Of a stretch of 64,000 bases of DNA, positions 62,446 to 64,000 are shown piece after piece. Where the stretch lies: the IMG/VR virus record IMGVR_UViG_3300027743_000026, positions 8,470 through 72,469 of that record. One strand, given 5' to 3'. The DNA comes from a virus. A model generated the notes under the pieces. The model was not told the origin of the DNA. It did not search any database and worked only from the letters and a program-made list of their open reading frames with translations. Positions within the stretch are counted from its first letter, which is position 1; each line of letters starts with the position of its first letter. Made by a program: the position numbers and the translations under genes.

Positions 62446-63395
62446 TGGCCCAGAAAATCCGCATCAATCGTACGGCGACTCCGAACAAGCCTCCGTCTGG
62501 TTTGGACCCGGGCGAGCTTTCGGTCGAAATGCGCAATCCAACCCGGCTGTGGGTTGGCGTGCCGACCGATATCGATCCTTCCGGCAAGAAGTTGCTGGTC
62601 GACGTCGGCGCTATCCAGGCCGCAACGGCGGCGGTGACACAATCTCCGCCGACAACCCCAAATCAAGGAGCACTTTGGTATGAAAGCGACACCGGAATTC
62701 TCTGGATCTTTTACAATGACGGAAATACTCAGCAGTGGATTCAGGTTAACGGCATCAGCGTTTCCGGCAGCGGAACGCCGCTCGGAAACGTCGTCGGTCC
62801 GCTGACCGCTACCGCCGGCCACATCGCCACCTTTGCGGACGTATCCGGCAAGATCATTATGGACGGTGGTCCGGCGCCGACCGGCGATGTGCAGGGACCG
62901 GCGTTGTCAGTCGACGGCCACATCCCGGTATTCAGCGGCACCACTGGCAAGCAAATCAGGGACAGCGGCGTGGTGCCGATCCTGTTTGCGGCCGGCACCA
63001 AAATGATATTTGCCAACGCCGCAGCGCCGACAGGCTGGACCAAACTCACCACCGTCAACGACAAAGCGCTGCGTGTTGTTAGCGGTACATCCGGCGGTGC
63101 GTTGGGTGGTTCTGTTGCGTTCACGACATTGTTCGGCAGAACAGCAACTGATGTCGCCACGCTGGTGCCCGGAACTGTTCCGATGTCAACTTCGAATGTG
63201 AGTGGTGTCAACAAAGCCGGCTCATCTGGACCGCCGTTGTCGTCTGTATCTAGTGTCTCATTCTGGGGCGGTGGCACCGACTACGAATTTGGTTTCAGCG
63301 CGCCAGTGTACAGCGACGGTGGCGGCGGCCCGCACTCGCACTCGGTGGATATGCGCGTCGCTTACGTCGATGTCATCATCGCAACAAAGGACTGA
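62445..63395 (+). CDS. Tail fibre protein
   Basis: L.PGEL; G.LWYESDTG; F.AGT.M.F....APTGWTK collar-like motif; HSH. Confidence 0.8.
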   Translation: MAQKIRINRTATPNKPPSGLDPGELSVEMRNPTRLWVGVPTDIDPSGKKLLVDVGAIQAATAAVTQSPPTTPNQGALWYESDTGILWIFYNDGNTQQWIQVNGISVSGSGTPLGNVVGPLTATAGHIATFADVSGKIIMDGGPAPTGDVQGPALSVDGHIPVFSGTTGKQIRDSGVVPILFAAGTKMIFANAAAPTGWTKLTTVNDKALRVVSGTSGGALGGSVAFTTLFGRTATDVATLVPGTVPMSTSNVSGVNKAGSSGPPLSSVSSVSFWGGGTDYEFGFSAPVYSDGGGGPHSHSVDMRVAYVDVIIATKD

Positions 63396-63399
63396 GCCA

Positions 63400-63678
63400 A
63401 TGGCGCACTACACCGTCATGAACGTCAGCAATATGGTTGGCGTCAATTCCGAGTTTCGACCGGTCGATTGCTCCAGCCTGCCATCCTACTTTCACGCGCT
63501 GCAATGGTACGGCGACGTCACGCCGCCCTACGGTGAGATCGAGTACGCCACCGACGCGCAGGGCAAGAAGATGCCCAACACGCGCTTTAGCGACTTCGCG
63601 CCGTATCAGTATCTGATCGACGCTTGGAACGCTTACGTCCCACCAGAAGCGCAGATGACTCCGAAGCCCCCAGCATGA
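63400..63678 (+). CDS. Tail-fibre associated/chaperone protein
   Basis: HALQW...GEIEY; follows the fibre gene. Confidence 0.65.
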   Translation: MAHYTVMNVSNMVGVNSEFRPVDCSSLPSYFHALQWYGDVTPPYGEIEYATDAQGKKMPNTRFSDFAPYQYLIDAWNAYVPPEAQMTPKPPA

Positions 63679-63983
63679 GCAAAGCTCCGATCGCCGACAA
63701 GGGCACGGTCTGCCCGCTGCACAAGCAGGATGTCTCCAAGGTCTGCCACAAGTGCCCTTGGTACATTCTCGTGCGCGGCAAGCACCCGCAGTCGGAGGAG
63801 CAGATCGATCAATGGGGCTGTGCGGTGCAGTTCCTGCCGATGCTGCTGATCGAGGGCGCGCAGCAGTCGCGTCAAACCGGGGCTGCGGTCGAGAGCTTCC
63901 GCAACGTCTTCGCCGAGGCTGGAAACAACATGCTGTCGCTGATGAACGGCGGCGGTGGCGGCTCGCCGCGACAGATCAAGTGA
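63675..63983 (+). CDS. Cys-containing post-fibre phage protein
   Basis: CPL...C..C.W...RG.HPQ......W.CA...LP.LLIE..Q...TGAAVESFRN. Confidence 0.75.
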   Translation: MSKAPIADKGTVCPLHKQDVSKVCHKCPWYILVRGKHPQSEEQIDQWGCAVQFLPMLLIEGAQQSRQTGAAVESFRNVFAEAGNNMLSLMNGGGGGSPRQIK

Positions 63984-64000
63984 GGCGATAATGGTCGCGA

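Larger units (their letters stand above)
1..64000. mobile_element. Tailed bacteriophage genome segment (myovirus, HK97 head, Mu-like contractile tail)
   Basis: Ordered terminase-portal-protease-capsid-neck-sheath-tube-TMP-baseplate genes plus phage replication genes; no host housekeeping genes. Confidence 0.97.

Noticed and set aside
62445-63983. Diversity-generating retroelement at the tail fibre
   Set aside because: No reverse transcriptase or template/variable repeat pair is seen in the window.
1-64000. tRNA/rRNA genes, integrase, att site
   Set aside because: No convincing cloverleaf, rRNA or recombinase motifs were seen by eye; tRNAscan-SE would be needed to fully exclude tRNAs.

Overview
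This window is about 64 kb of a tailed dsDNA phage genome. It is a myovirus with an HK97-type head and a Mu-like contractile tail and baseplate. The host is probably an alphaproteobacterium (inferred from high GC, promoter style, and VPLPA/PEP-CTERM and Fet4-like genes). No integrase or CI-type repressor is visible. Layout: (1) 0.5-14.8 kb holds mostly leftward accessory genes: small mosaic ORFs, a DUF2786-like and HExxH protease pair, two PEP-CTERM-type surface proteins, a stand-alone TSCPD domain, SNF2 helicase, HNH and VRR-NUC nucleases. (2) 14.9-28.1 kb is a rightward replication module: Cro-like regulator, adenine methyltransferase, family A DNA polymerase, Cas4-like exonuclease, SSB, primase-helicase, an iteron origin and a NusG paralog. 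(3) 28.1-33.6 kb has a structured RNA, 17-bp repeats and a leftward array of genes, most headed by a repeated promoter-hairpin-SD cassette. (4) 33.7-64 kb covers terminase, head, neck, tail, baseplate and fibre genes. The main signals are: a cysteine-loaded outer virion (ejected parts have no Cys) next to an iron-permease gene; nine dispersed covarying (U/A)UGAAG-loop hairpins directly upstream of SD sequences; a NusG paralog followed by a structured RNA; several structured intergenic RNAs; phage-borne PEP-CTERM proteins; and a PDxxLP-repeat protein inserted between sheath and tube. All family assignments come from motif recognition by eye, not database searches.
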